A stretch of 64,000 nt of DNA from Azolla caroliniana (taxonomy: Eukaryota > Plantae > Polypodiophyta), in assembly GCA_043228905.1 (NCBI GenBank), contig JBHGNT010000014.1, forward strand, positions 19,406,001 to 19,470,000. Reading direction: 5' to 3'. Shown here piece by piece: positions 63,013 through 64,000 of this stretch (positions are counted from its first letter, which is position 1; each line of letters opens with the position of its first letter). A program made the translations under genes and the position numbers. The notes beneath the pieces were generated by a model. That model saw only the letters and a program-made list of their open reading frames with translations. It was not told where the DNA came from and made no database searches.

Positions 63013-64000
63013 GAATCAAACTGTCAGAACCAAGGATAAAAGATAGAGTGATGGAAGAAAGATATTAGAGAACACGAGAAGAAAGGAACGAAATACTAAG
63101 AGAAGAATGGATGTATAAGATAGAGAAAGAAAGAGAATGGATACAAGATATGTAATGAGAGCTAAAGACTGGTGTTGATTCGAATTGATTTGAGAATACA
63201 TGTATGCCCTTATTTATAGGTTCCTATAGAATAACTTAGAGATTTCTAGAATGTTCTAGAATGTTCTAGACCTAGAATGCTCTATGACATTCTAGAACAT
63301 TCTAGAATAATCTAGAGTTTTTACAATAATCAATGTAATACAAGTAGCTTTTATTGTTTCATATAACAATAAGCTATCTTAATGGTTGAGGTTTTCAAGT
63401 ATGGATTACAAGGTTCGAGGTTCAAGTTTGGTGACGCCATAATGGTCATGTGTTCATGACACTATACGTATTTAAACGTTAAATACAGGTACGTAAACAA
63501 CCATGCTCCACACACCCCTTCAAGCTCAAAGATGTTGTATTTTCCAGTGGCCAACGAGCTTGGATTGCATCTACTCGTTTTTCCACTTGTCCTCAACCTC
63601 TATGACTTAAGAAATGATCATAGACCAATGGATGTAAAAAATGGCCCAAGCTTGCCCACATCAAGTGCTTTCTTAAAGACATGATTCGTTTTTCGATCAA
63701 TTCAAACATGTTGGAGATTGGTGTCCCAAAGTGTGATCCTCTCTTTGGGTGTCGTGATAGTTGACCTCAATATCGTTCATTTGCTAATGGAACACCCAAT
63801 TCCTCACCTATTGTATGATGTTGAGATTGCTATAAAATAGTTGAACCAAGTTGCCAATTTGAATGTTAATTAAGTCCATCAAGAGTGCCTGCAACTTCAT
63901 TGGTAGCGACAATTGCTCCCCAACTTTGCCTTTGTGCTCAATAAGGCGAATATATGTTTCTTTTTACTACACTGAAGTATTTGTTTTCCCAAAAAACACT

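Larger units (their letters stand above)
52074..63461 (-). mobile_element. Full-length Ty3/Gypsy chromovirus (Tcn1/Tf1-sushi type), disrupted
   Basis: LTRs 63022-63461 (5') and 52074-52517 (3'), TG..CA, about 2% diverged; TSD CTATA at 52069-52073 and 63462-63466; PPT next to 52518; domain order gag-PR-RT-RH-IN-chromodomain. Confidence 0.95.
51293..63505. mobile_element. Non-autonomous hAT-type element (~0.8 kb of its own sequence) hosting the nested retrotransposons
   Basis: TIRs CAAGGTTGTT (left) and AACAACCATG (right); 8-bp TSD ctccgcac 51285-51292 versus ctccacac 63506-63513; many subterminal AATACG/CGTATT motifs. Confidence 0.8.

Overview
Nuclear genomic DNA of a land plant, with spliceosomal GT-AG introns, PLS-class PPR genes and LTR retrotransposons. 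Long-insert L motifs in one PPR protein and a Tcn1-type chromovirus suggest a non-seed plant, probably a fern; this is inference. Seven protein-coding genes are supported: two divergent PLS-PPR genes, a NINJA/AFP-family gene, a BIR-like LRR receptor (pseudo)kinase, a SAM-dependent methyltransferase-like gene, a GONST-type GDP-mannose transporter and a DUF616 glycosyltransferase-like gene. Mobile DNA includes a 3.9-kb non-coding TIR element sitting in a (TATG)n microsatellite, a 5'-truncated LINE, small MITEs and a solo LTR. There is also a three-level nest at 51.3-63.5 kb: a hAT-type non-autonomous element containing a Ty3/Gypsy chromovirus, which contains an intact, very young Ty1/Copia. The most notable observations are: (1) the single intron of the BIR-like gene is bounded by, and partly filled with, decayed copies of its own last LRR coding segment, the expected signature of intron gain by tandem duplication; (2) the chromovirus has a tRNA-independent self-priming site and a candidate -1 frameshift signal; (3) the TIR element is embedded in a microsatellite; (4) one PPR protein carries LL-type motifs. 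Everything was read by eye and no database searches were run.
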